Positions 23,161-33,149 of a DNA stretch of 33,331 nt are shown here, one piece after another. Within the stretch, counting starts at the first letter, position 1, and every line of letters starts with the position of its first letter. The notes beneath the pieces were generated by a model. It had not been told where the DNA came from, made no database searches, and saw nothing but the letters and a program-made list of their open reading frames with translations. Origin of the DNA: Octopus bimaculoides (Eukaryota); the NCBI RefSeq assembly GCF_001194135.2, contig NC_068997.1, positions 43,535,956 through 43,569,286 on the forward strand. Direction: 5' to 3'. A program made the translations under genes and the position numbers.

Positions 23161-24054
23161 ATACTTCGATAGAAGCAATAACAAAAGAAATAAATATAAC
23201 ATGAAAAAAATATATGAAAATCAGTAAATGATAGCTTATTCAAATTATGTAGAAAATGGAATAATGTTAATATTAGGGTGAAGAATGTTTACAGTTTTTA
23301 CTGATGGCGGTGGTGGTGGCAGTGTTGATGGGGTTCTTTGAGTGAGCCTGATTCCTCCATTTTATTTTCTTCTATTCATTGATATCTTCTGTTATCTTAG
23401 CTACCCTACTACTTCATATAAATCTTTAACATGTGTAGAACCAGTACATTTTAGAGTCCAGGTTCATGGACTTAGCTCCTGCAAGTTCTTAGTTACCACA
23501 GCTTATATCTTTTTCTATAGTATGTTGTGTATATGTGCACATGTGTGTGTGTATGTCTGTGTGATTCTGAGTGTATGTACATGTATATATATTCGAGTGA
23601 GTTCATGTAAAGTATTACTTCATTCAGTTCTTTAGTCTACAGTCCATCCATTAGTATATAAAATAATACTATATTAGTATATAAAATATACGAGTTTATA
23701 TACAAAGAGGATAGGTGAATTCAGTTGTTTTGGAACAAAGGCTACCCTTATCGTATTTTGCAGAATTTCATTAGCCATTTTAATTTTTTTCTTTTAGGCA
23801 AAAACTGCAGATTACCAATAGTTTTCTCAAATTCTAGATTTTTCTTCTTTTTTTTTTGGTTCTTTGCTTCCTTGTCTAGCAATAGCCGGTATCTCACTAC
23901 ACCCTTCATATTAATTTACAGACATCCATGCAGTCTATGGCCCATTGATATGTGTGTAGGAGGATAGGGGTGGAAAGTGTGGGAGTACATGGGGGTGAGT
24001 GTGGTAATCTAATAACTTAGTCAGCCTCTACTGCTATTTCTTAGAATAGGAGCC

Positions 24055-24290
24055 AATGAAGCAGCTTCCATGTGGTCACTTGACCTGGTAGAAATAGCAG
24101 CCAAATCTCTTTCAAATCAAATGCTACCTTATTTTAAAAAAAAAATGCAGGACACACTGGATAATGTTATCTGGGGTAAATTAAATTATGTGTAAAAAGT
24201 TAGGATGGCCATGGTTAGAATGCTTTTGGTCAAATGTCTTCCAAATCAGTGCTGAACTGATGTTAAATAACAACAGCAATAATGTGTTGT
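24055..24290 (+). mobile_element. Degenerate interspersed repeat with a (CAA)-like tail
   Basis: GTGGTCACTTGACCTGGTAGAAATAGCAGCCAAATCTC...AGGATGGCCATGG...AAATAACAACAGCAA, recognised as a common octopus-type repeat. It occurs only once in this window. Confidence 0.5.
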
Positions 24291-24477
24291 GTAGAAAGAA
24301 ATAGTCCACTATATTTCACAGATAGACCATCCACCTGTCAGTATTGTTGATGTTGCTGTTGTTGACGTTGCTTAAATTCTTTATTCCATGAAGAACTTGG
24401 TTAGTTATAATTTGTTTATCAGTAAAGTAATTTGATTTCACTAATGTTGTTTGCTGCAGCTGTTATTGTTGTTGTGG

Positions 24478-25062
24478 TGAAGGTGCATAACTTAATGGGT
24501 CAGGGTATTTGTCTCATGGTTGGTAAGGCCATGAGTTTGATACCTGGCTCCCGTTGTGTCCTTGAGCAACACTTTATTTTGTGTTGCTTCTGTTCACTCA
24601 GCTAGCAAAAACGAGTTGTACTTGCTTTGTCACATTGTGTGTCACACTGAATCACCCTGAGAATTAAGTTAAAGAAGAGGTTTTCAAACTGTGGTCCGCG
24701 GACCACAGGGGGTCCGCAAGGACAAGACAGGGGGTCCGTGGACAGCAAATACTTTTTATGGGCAATTTGATTTTATATATGTTTTTTAATCGAAATCTTT
24801 TAATTGACAATAAACCTATTTGTCAAATACTGTTAAATAATTAAATGTAAAAATATATGTTATTTTAAGCAAATATTTATGTATAAATTTCATAAGCGTT
24901 TATAAGGGGGTCTCTAAGGTAAAGCCTCAAATATAAAGGGGTCCGCAAGTCAAAAAGTTTGAAAACCCTTGAGTTAAAGGATACACATGTCTGTGGAGTG
25001 CACAGACATGTTAATTTCACGAGCAACCTGTTCCCTTAAGTAGATCAGCCGGAACCCTTGTT
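24478..25062 (+). mobile_element. SINE family C interrupted by a hAT MITE
   Basis: Head GAAGGTGCATAACTTAATGGG and central GTGTCCTTGAGCAACACTTTATTT. The tail resumes after 24979 with GATACACATGTCTGTGGAGTGC. Confidence 0.8.
24675..24971. mobile_element. Complete hAT MITE with 16-bp TIRs and perfect 8-bp TSD AGTTAAAG
   Basis: TIRs AAGAGGTTTTCAAACT (24675-24690) and AGTTTGAAAACCCTTG (24956-24971). AGTTAAAG at 24667-24674 and 24972-24979. Subterminal GGGGTCCG repeats. Confidence 0.93.
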
Positions 25063-25609
25063 AAAGTTATTGTTGTTATGAAGGCATGTGGCCCAGTAGG
25101 GTGTTACCCTCTTAATCCTAAGATCATGGATTCATTTCCTGGACTGGGTGGTGTGTTGTTGCAAGGCATTTCATTTCATGTACCCCCAATTTACTCAGTT
25201 GTAAAAGAGTACCAGCTGAGTACTGGCTTAGTCCTTTCTCGCTCTATCTGTCACATCCTGGAAGTGCCACTGGATCACAACTGGAAAGGTCAAGAAGGCA
25301 TCTATGTCTGCTCATGGTTATACAGGCTCCTAAAACAATTAGTGAAAGCATGGTACATGCTATCAGGTCATACTCACTTTATGATGGGTGTTGTTGTTTT
25401 TGCTAGTTTAGGTAAACTCTGATGAAAGAGATTTATGTTCAAAAGAATGGCCTTCTGATGTTGAAACAAGGTGTTTGTAGATGGAACTACATTATCCAAT
25501 GGTTTCAAAATTTTTTTTTAAAGTAGAGGCTGTCTTCAGATAGATTTGGCTAATATTTTTAACATGTCAAGCCAGATGTTAAGTTGTAATGGAAATACTA
25601 TATACCGCC

Positions 25610-25757
25610 ACCACCACCACCATTTAACATCAACTTTTCCATACATGCATGGGTCAGACAGAATTTGATGAGGCAGATTTTCTATGGCCAGATGCCCTTC
25701 CTGTTGTCAACTCTCACCTGCTTCCAAGTAAGGTAATATTTTCCCATGGCTGACACT
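25610..25757 (-). mobile_element. RTE-type tail of the alternative SINE subfamily
   Basis: CATTTAACATCAACTTTTCC...GATGCCCTTCCTGTTGTCAAC...TTCCCATGGC is homologous to 32478-32630. Confidence 0.75.
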
Positions 25758-25781
25758 TCTCAGTCAATAACCCTTTTGAGT

Positions 25782-26190
25782 GCTGCCTGACTGGCACCCA
25801 TGCCTGTGACATGTAAAAGGCACCATTCGTGTGTGGCTGATGCCAGTGCCACCTGACTGGCACCCATGCCTGTGGAACATAAAAAGCACCATTTGAGCGT
25901 GGCTGATGCCAGTGCTGCCTGACTGGGACTTGTGCTGGTGGCACGTAAAAAGCACCATTTAAGTGTGGCTGATGCCAGTGCCGCGTGATTGGCTCCCATG
26001 CCAGCAACATGTAAAAAGCACCCACTTCACACTTGGAGTGGTTGGCGTTAGGAAAGGCATCCGGTTGTAGAAACTTTGCTAAATCAGATTGGAGCCTGGT
26101 GCAGCCTCCTGGCCTGCCAGTTCTCAGTCAAACCATCCAGCTCATGCCAGCATGGAAAGTGGACATTAAACGACGATGATGATAATGATG
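25782..26190 (+). mobile_element. RTE-tail element with four exact-period 66-bp units
   Basis: Unit anchors at 25787, 25853, 25919 and 25985. The tail ends GGACATTAAACGACGATGATGAT. Confidence 0.9.
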
Positions 26191-26191
26191 A

Positions 26192-26412
26192 TACAAACCC
26201 ACCTGAACTGTCCCTGGTTCTATGTATGACACAAACTTTCTGTTTTAAAGTGATTTAAATTTAAATCTTACATCAAAATTTCATGTTAATGTATGTTTGA
26301 AGCATCAGCTTAATAATAACAAAATTATTTTTTCTTAAGTTTTCATTATTTCCAAAGTCAAATGAAACATTAGCAGTGTATTTTAAAAGAAATATGGTAA
26401 CATAAGTGTTAA
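26192..26412 (-). mobile_element. piggyBac-like MITE copy, degenerate
   Basis: Reverse-complement homolog of 22523-22743 (CATCAAAATTTCATGTTAAT...AAGTGTTAA). Confidence 0.65.
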
Positions 26413-26534
26413 ATGACTGTATTCACCCCAGTCCAAATGAAAAAATTACGGTTAATTTTTAACCTTGTCCCCTAGTATAAAACCAATCTTCCTTCTCTTG
26501 GGATTTTCATTGCCTTGCCAGCTACATGGCAATT

Positions 26535-26725
26535 TCACTAGTGCTAGTGACACGAACAAAGCACTCACTACACACTGTAAAGTAGTTAGTATTAGGAGGG
26601 TCATCCAGCTGTAGAAGCCATGCCAAAGTAGACACTAAAACATGATGGAGTTCTTGAACTCATCAGATCCTGTCAAATCATCCAGCCCATGCCAGCACGG
26701 AACATGAATGTTAAGTGATGATAGT
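26535..26725 (+). mobile_element. Degenerate RTE-tail element
   Basis: GACACGAACAAAGCAC...GGGTCATCCAGCTGTAGAA...CCAGCCCATGCCAGCACGGAACATGAATGTTAAGTGATGAT. Confidence 0.75.
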
Positions 26726-26799
26726 GACAATACCATCATCATATTATTATTTACATTTTACATGTGTTTTTGGTTTGATGAAGTTTTCTCCAGCAAAAC

Positions 26800-27260
26800 A
26801 CGACCATTGTTGGGTTATTTATTAACTCATTCATGAAATTAAGCATCTTGAGGTCAATCCTTCTCTTCCACAGACTCTTTCCACTTTGGTTATTTGACAT
26901 TTTTAACACCTTACTCTCATCTTTCATATTCATCACATCTCCATGCCAACAAAGCCTTGTCTATTTCACTGCTCATCTGGCTCCTCTGATGTTAGCTTAT
27001 TCTCTCAGCTCATCTGTGCTCTGTTCTTCATGTACACCAACACTGCATATAAACAGCAGAGAATGATTGCCTCACCCATCACACAACCCAGCCAGTGAAT
27101 GCCCAATTTTTGCTATAACACACTTCATAGACAAACAACCTAGAATCAATTCTTCATTCAGAGAGGGCAAAACCCTTTGTCACCAACAGAGGTCACCTCT
27201 CCCACTCCGTCCTAACTCCCCTGCTACTATGCTTTTACAGCACCTGCACCCACTCTCCAT
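26800..27260 (-). pseudogene. Highly degenerate RTE LINE C-terminal fragment
   Basis: Minus strand gives VGVHEEQSTDELRE and RLCWHGDVMNMKDES, resembling VSVHxRQSxxxLRExL and RLRWYGHVMRMxEDS. Confidence 0.7.
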
Positions 27261-27554
27261 TAGGTCATCCATCCAAAAGCTGTCAATTACTTCTAACGGC
27301 TTTCTGGGCACTTCAAAAAATTCATTTTAGGTGAACCTACTGTTATTTTTAGAGCATCTGCTACCATAGAACAGAGGGTGCAAGTGCACCTACTAAACTT
27401 TTTGGGGGTGGGAGTGGGAGCAACGAAAACACTTTGAACATCATCCTGAAAAACTTCACCAAAAAAAAAAAACAAGCATAGAGACATCTTTTGGGCTGAT
27501 GTCAAATATCACTTTTCCCTTATTGGACTCACCTGATTTGATTGATGTAGAAAT

Positions 27555-27642
27555 ATAATAATAATAATAATAATAATAATAGTAATAATAATAATAATTA
27601 TTATTATTATGATTATTATTATTATCATTATCATTATTATTA
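27555..27642. repeat. (AAT)n/(ATT)n microsatellite that switches strand mid-tract
   Basis: Direct reading. Confidence 0.95.
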
Positions 27643-27654
27643 TACCTGTGTTTG

Positions 27655-27882
27655 TTTTGATATTGGTTTCAAATTTTGGCACAAGGCCAGCAAGTTTGGG
27701 AGAGGATGTAAGTCGATTACATGACCCCAATGTTCAACAGTTACTTATTTTATCAACTCATAAAGGATGAAAGGCAAAGTCGACCTTGGCAGAATTTCAA
27801 CTCAGAATGTAACACTGAAATGCCAATAAGCATTTTGCCGTTGAGCATTTTGTGCTAACAATTCTGCCGGCTCACTGCCTTT
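27655..27882 (-). mobile_element. SINE family B
   Basis: TTTCAAATTTTGGCACAAGGCCAGCAA...GTCGACCTTGGCAGAATTTCAACTCAGAA...TGCTAACAATTCTGCCGGCTCACT is the reverse complement of 29748-29940. Confidence 0.85.
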
Positions 27883-28592
27883 GTGTTTGTTTTGATATTA
27901 AGATTGGGAAAAAAAACAAAATTGACTTTGTAAAAAATTTTGGAAAATGAGTTTGCACTCGCTAAGCAAAATTCATTCCCGGACTTACGTTTACTACATA
28001 TGAAATCCTACTGTGAGATAGTGGGATCAGTTAGGTGCATATATCAACTTTAGCTAAACTGAATTCGTACATTCAACCCAGATGGGTTTTGTAGGGTCTT
28101 AGATTATTTTAGAGCAAGGATGGCAATAAATGTTTTTTTATCATACTTTTGTTCCTTTTTCCCGCTCTCTCTATTTACATGTGTGTCTATGCTCACATGT
28201 GTGAGCATAGATTCACGTGTGTGTGTGTCTGTGTGTAGTCTTGCAATATACCATTGAATAATATAATGGATAAATGGGACATAATATATAAGTATACAAT
28301 ACAGTTAATTATATACATAAGCATATATTATGCATACAGGATATAAGTATACATAAAAAATGAACATACAAGTTACATAGGTAATTTACATAAGAGCACA
28401 TTATATATATATAAACATATATTATCACAATACTGTAAGCATACATACACATATATAGTAGTGTGAAATAAGATGATGTTTATAATGCAATAAGACAATA
28501 ACAAAGGTTATATATGCTTAATGCCATTGACAGATTTGTGGTACACATGTGCACACACTTCCCATCCCATACACATACCACAATTCATTTTC

Positions 28593-28629
<37 letters not shown>

Positions 28630-28846
28630 CATTTTGCTATCAAAAGAAAAACAAGAAAAACAATTTTTATGCAAAAAGCAGTAATTTCACTTAGGTTTCT
28701 TCACTTTGAGGTTAGAATATTACTTCAATTTGCAGACAATTATTCTTTTATTAAATATATTTAAAATAGCAGCATATATTTTTATTATTACACCAGTTAT
28801 TTAGTTGTTCTGTTAAGAATTTCTATTCAATACATATGTATATATC

Positions 28847-29291
28847 AATGCCAACTTGTTTAGCAAGTGTAAGATTGGTGGAATTGAGAGCTTCCTTATG
28901 CAATCACAATTGCACTAGGCTGGCCATGTCATCAGAATGAGTAACGAAAGAATACCCAAAGTCCTCATGTACAGCGAGCTTGAGAGTGGGCACAGGAATG
29001 TTGGTTGACCATGGCTCAGATATAAGGACAAGCTGAAAAGTAACCTCTTAGAAATGAAGATAGCTCACAACACCATTGAGTGAACAGCCTTGGAACAAAC
29101 AAAATGGAGATTGTTGTATCAAAATGGTATTAAAAACTTTGTTGCAACCAGCATTAACAGGCTTTGGGGTGCAAAGCAAGGGAGAAAAACAGCTGCAAAT
29201 ATACCAGCTGCACTGATCTGTAATCTTCGGCTTTCTTTGCAAATTGTTGGTGGGACTTAAATGTCACATTCGGCATAAGCATTATGATTGA
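28847..29291 (+). pseudogene. Fossil RTE-BovB-like LINE C-terminus with a C2H2-like finger remnant
   Basis: IGGIESFLMQSQLH*AGHVIRMSNERIPKVLMYSELESGHRNVG*PWLRYKDKLKSNL resembles IEAxLxxxQLRWAGHVxRMxxxRxPKxxLYGELxxGxRxxGxPxxRYKDxLK. It ends LICN...LKCHIRHKHYD*. Confidence 0.88.
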
Positions 29292-29353
29292 CAAAGAAAG
29301 ACTACATAGTTGGAGACTCATACATCAAAACCAACGAGAGTGTCCATCATATA

Positions 29354-29564
29354 TCATCATCATCATCGTTTAACGTCTGCTTTCCATGCTAGCATGGGTT
29401 GGACGATTTGACTGAGGACTGGTGAACCAGATGTCTTCACCAGGCTCCAATCTGATTTGGCAGAGTTTCTACAGCTGAATGCCCTTCCTAATGCCAACCA
29501 CTCTGAGAGTGTACTGGGTGCTTTTATGTATCACTGGCACAAAGGTCAGTCAGGCGGTACTGGC

Positions 29565-29565
<1 letters not shown>
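29354..29565 (-). mobile_element. RTE-tail element
   Basis: Near-identical to 17062-17295. Confidence 0.9.
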
Positions 29566-29745
<180 letters not shown>

Positions 29746-29747
29746 AG

Positions 29748-29940
29748 GTAGTGAGCCGGCAGAATTGTTAGCACATCAGACAAAATATCTTGTCTGTTTT
29801 TATATTCTGAGTTCAAATTCCACTGAGGTTGATTTTGCCTTTCATTCTTCCAGGGTCAATAGAATAAGTACCAGTTCAACACTGGGGTTCATGTAATTGA
29901 CATCCCAAAATTGCAGGCCTTGTGCCAAAATTTGAAATCA
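29748..29940 (+). mobile_element. SINE family B
   Basis: GGTAGTGAGCCGGCAGAATTGTTAGCAC...GAGTTCAAATTCC...AATAAGTACCAG...GGCCTTGTGCCAAAATTTGAAA. Confidence 0.85.
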
Positions 29941-29944
29941 ATAT

Positions 29945-29975
<31 letters not shown>

Positions 29976-29979
29976 CATA

Positions 29980-30243
29980 TGCTGAGACCCCCTTTGGTCA
30001 TGACTGACCATGGGATTGCACCTAGAAAGTTACCCTCCTAGGCACAAGTCCGGGCAAAGTTGTTTATGGAAGCCCAGCAGTTGCCCATGCATACTGGCCT
30101 CCCCTCTCCACACCACCAACGTTATGCAAGGGAAAGGCAAAGGTTGATACAGCTTGGCACCTGTGACATCACAACTCATTTCTACAGCTGAGCAACGTGA
30201 AATAAAGTATCTTGCTCAAGAACACAACACGCAGTCCAGTCCG
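29980..30243 (-). mobile_element. SINE family C central domain with a third tail type
   Basis: GAGCAACGTGAAATAAAGTATCTTGCTCAAGAACACAAC is shared with 4129 and 5473. The tail is unrelated (CATGGGATTGCACCTAGAAAGTTACCCTCC). The head is lost in a gap. Confidence 0.8.
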
Positions 30244-30253
30244 NNNNNNNNNN

Positions 30254-30302
<49 letters not shown>

Positions 30303-30702
30303 CTATGAGTTAGAGGTTAAGGGACCATCTAAGGGATATTAAATATCCAATATACTACTGGATGTGTACCTACGTATGTTTGACCAAGTGCTTACTATTG
30401 CATGGCAATATTGCAATTGAATACTAGGTATGGGTGGGGGTGAATTGGAAATTTACCCAGGATTTATAAGGAAAATAAGAAAATGGAGAGGATATAAAAT
30501 CGACACACATTTACTGGCTGATGTTTGTTGATTTTATATCCTCTTCATTTTCTTATTTGCATTATATATATATATCAACATCTTGTAAACTAACTTAGAA
30601 GAACTGAGTGAGTTGGTATTCTACAAAAAATAAAGGAATTCTCAAATGCAGGATGGCTGTGAAGACAGGTAAAAAAAATGTGTAAAATACCCTTAGAATA
30701 TA

Positions 30703-30734
<32 letters not shown>

Positions 30735-31122
30735 NNNNNNNNNNNNNNNNNNNNNNNNNNNNNNNNNNNNNNNNNNNNNNNNNNNNNNNNNNNNNNNNNN
30801 NNNNNNNNNNNNNNNNNNNNNNNNNNNNNNNNNNNNNNNNNNNNNNNNNNNNNNNNNNNNNNNNNNNNNNNNNNNNNNNNNNNNNNNNNNNNNNNNNNNN
30901 NNNNNNNNNNNNNNNNNNNNNNNNNNNNNNNNNNNNNNNNNNNNNNNNNNNNNNNNNNNNNNNNNNNNNNNNNNNNNNNNNNNNNNNNNNNNNNNNNNNN
31001 NNNNNNNNNNNNNNNNNNNNNNNNNNNNNNNNNNNNNNNNNNNNNNNNNNNNNNNNNNNNNNNNNNNNNNNNNNNNNNNNNNNNNNNNNNNNNNNNNNNN
31101 NNNNNNNNNNNNNNNNNNNNNN

Positions 31123-31163
<41 letters not shown>

Positions 31164-31175
31164 TATATATATGAT

Positions 31176-31335
31176 GAGCTTCTTTCAGTTTCCGTCTACC
31201 AAACCCACTCACAAGGCTTTGGTCGACCTGAAGCTATAGCAGAGGACAATTGTCCAAAGTGCCATGCAGTGGGATTGAACCCGGAAGCATGTCATTGGGA
31301 AGCTAGCTTCTTATCATACATCCACACCTGTGCCT
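31176..31335 (-). mobile_element. SINE family A 5' half
   Basis: CTTCTTTCAGTTTCCGTCTACCAAACCCACTCACAAGGC...GGGATTGAACCCGGAAGCATG. Confidence 0.85.
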
Positions 31336-31416
31336 ATCCCATAATGACCACAATTTTTTTTCTATTTGGGAGGTAGGTGGATGCAGTCATTTAAAGAGAC
31401 CCAAATATGATTCATT

Positions 31417-31800
31417 ATCATCATCATCATTTAACGTCCATTTCCCATGCTGACATGGGTTGAATGGTTTGGCAGAAGCAAGTAAGGTCAGGGGCTGCAC
31501 CAGGTTCAGTTGCCTGTCTGGCTTGGTTTCTACAGCTGGATGCCCTTCCTAATGCCAGCCACTTTACAGAGAATACTAGATACTTTTTACATAGCACAAC
31601 TGTCTTTCACATGGAACCAGCATCAGTGCTTTTTACATAGTACTATCACCAGTATTTTTTTATGTGGCCACCAGCACTGGTATTGCCATCTTTGTTATAA
31701 CCACCACCATTATCACTACAACCATAACCACCATTATTACCAGCACCATCATCATCATGATTTAACATCCACTTTTCCAAACTTGCATGGGTCAGACAGA
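31417..31800 (-). mobile_element. Degenerate RTE-tail element(s)
   Basis: (CAT)nTTAACGTCCATTTCCCATGC...GGATGCCCTTCCTAATGCC, with degenerate CTTTTTACAT units. A second tail fragment lies at 31745-31800. Confidence 0.75.
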
Positions 31801-32477
31801 ATTCATTACACATAACGTGGTCCCACACAACTTTCATCTCTGTAATTCTACTCATATGGTATTATTTAAACAAAGGACATGTTGGAAGACAAGGCTGAAC
31901 TGAGAACCATATGGTTGAGAAACAAACTTAACCCAAGACATATGAGTTGGTTACAATTGTGAAGTAAAACCATATCACAGACTCAGCTCATTGGGTTCTT
32001 ATCACTCGTTCCACAATGCCCACTCCTATACCATGATATATTGTACTCTCTCTCTCTCTCTCTCTCTCCTTCTCCACTTCTCATATCAAGATTGACAGCG
32101 CCAAATGTCAGGATGGATGAAATTTGTAAGGAATTTATTTGCTCTACATAAGGGATTCTTCAAACAGTACTGTATATTTGTTTATCTAAATGTTTATTTA
32201 TACATTTACTTATTTGTTTTCACTTTTTTGTGGTTAACAAGACAGATTGAAGGAGACTTTCAGAAATCTGAGTGAAGCATTCGGTACTAAACTATCATAT
32301 TGATACACTAGTACTGAATAAACACACACACACAGCTATACATGCTCATAGGATGGGTGTAGTGGATTGTATTCCTCTGTCCACTTTGATTCCTCTACAG
32401 AAGTGGCTAAATGGTTTTGAAAACTCTAAAGTCACAGACCCCTGGAGTGGTCTAAATAAACTAATATATCACCATTG

Positions 32478-32885
32478 ACATCATTTGTTTTTAATGTCCA
32501 CTTTCCCATGCTTTGCATACAGAATTTAGACAGAATTTGTTGAGGCAGATTTTCTACAGCTGGATGCCCTTCCTGTCACCAACTTTCACCTGCTTCCAAG
32601 TAAAGCAGTATTTCCCCATGGCCAGACATGTAGTCAGTCGTGGAAGATTGGAAAGAAACAAACAAAGGATACCGCTTGCATGATAGTGATACTTGTGTTT
32701 AACTATCACAAGATGTCGAGGCAAGGAAACAGGCTTCTTTCAGTTTCTGTCTACCAAATCCACTAAGAAAGTTTTGGTCAGTTTGGGATTATAGGAGAAA
32801 GCACTTACCCAAGGTGTCACACACGGTATTGTATTGAACTTGGAACCATGGGCTTGAGAAGCAAACTTATTACAGAACCACAAAT
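32478..32885 (-). mobile_element. Composite SINE: family A tRNA head and central domain joined to an RTE-type 3' tail
   Basis: Head and domain at 32735-32885 (CTTCTTTCAGTTTCTGTCTACCAAATCCAC...CCCAAGGTGTC). RTE-like tail at 32478-32730 (GGATGCCCTTCCTGTCACCAAC). Confidence 0.8.
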
Positions 32886-32887
32886 AT

Positions 32888-33145
32888 ATATGATGGACTC
32901 ACCCCATTGAAGACGATGTGTGAGCATTCAGCTTTTTACTGAACGATTGCACAAATGAGTTGTTTATAGTGATCAAATGTTCATGCCACACATTAGCTCA
33001 CTCTCTCCATCAAATTGATGTTGTCTGAACAGATGTACCGTGTACCACATACCACAGGTCAGGTATCGAAGTGATCACAGAGCAATGTCAAATGATCTAG
33101 CGGTTGTGACTGCAACACCCTAACCACTAGGCCATGTGCCTTCAT
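32888..33145 (-). mobile_element. tRNA-headed SINE (family C-like head)
   Basis: Minus-strand GAAGGCACATGGCCTAGTGGTTAGGGTGTTG. Confidence 0.65.
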
Positions 33146-33149
33146 ATAT

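Noticed and set aside
23650-23688. Direct repeat ATTAGTATATAAAATA twice with a 7-bp spacer
   Set aside because: Low-complexity AT-rich duplication with no further structure.
25782-26010. 66-bp periodic repeats as a possible CRISPR array
   Set aside because: The whole unit repeats, with no unique spacers. The context is eukaryotic, with no cas genes, and the units are part of an interspersed retroelement.
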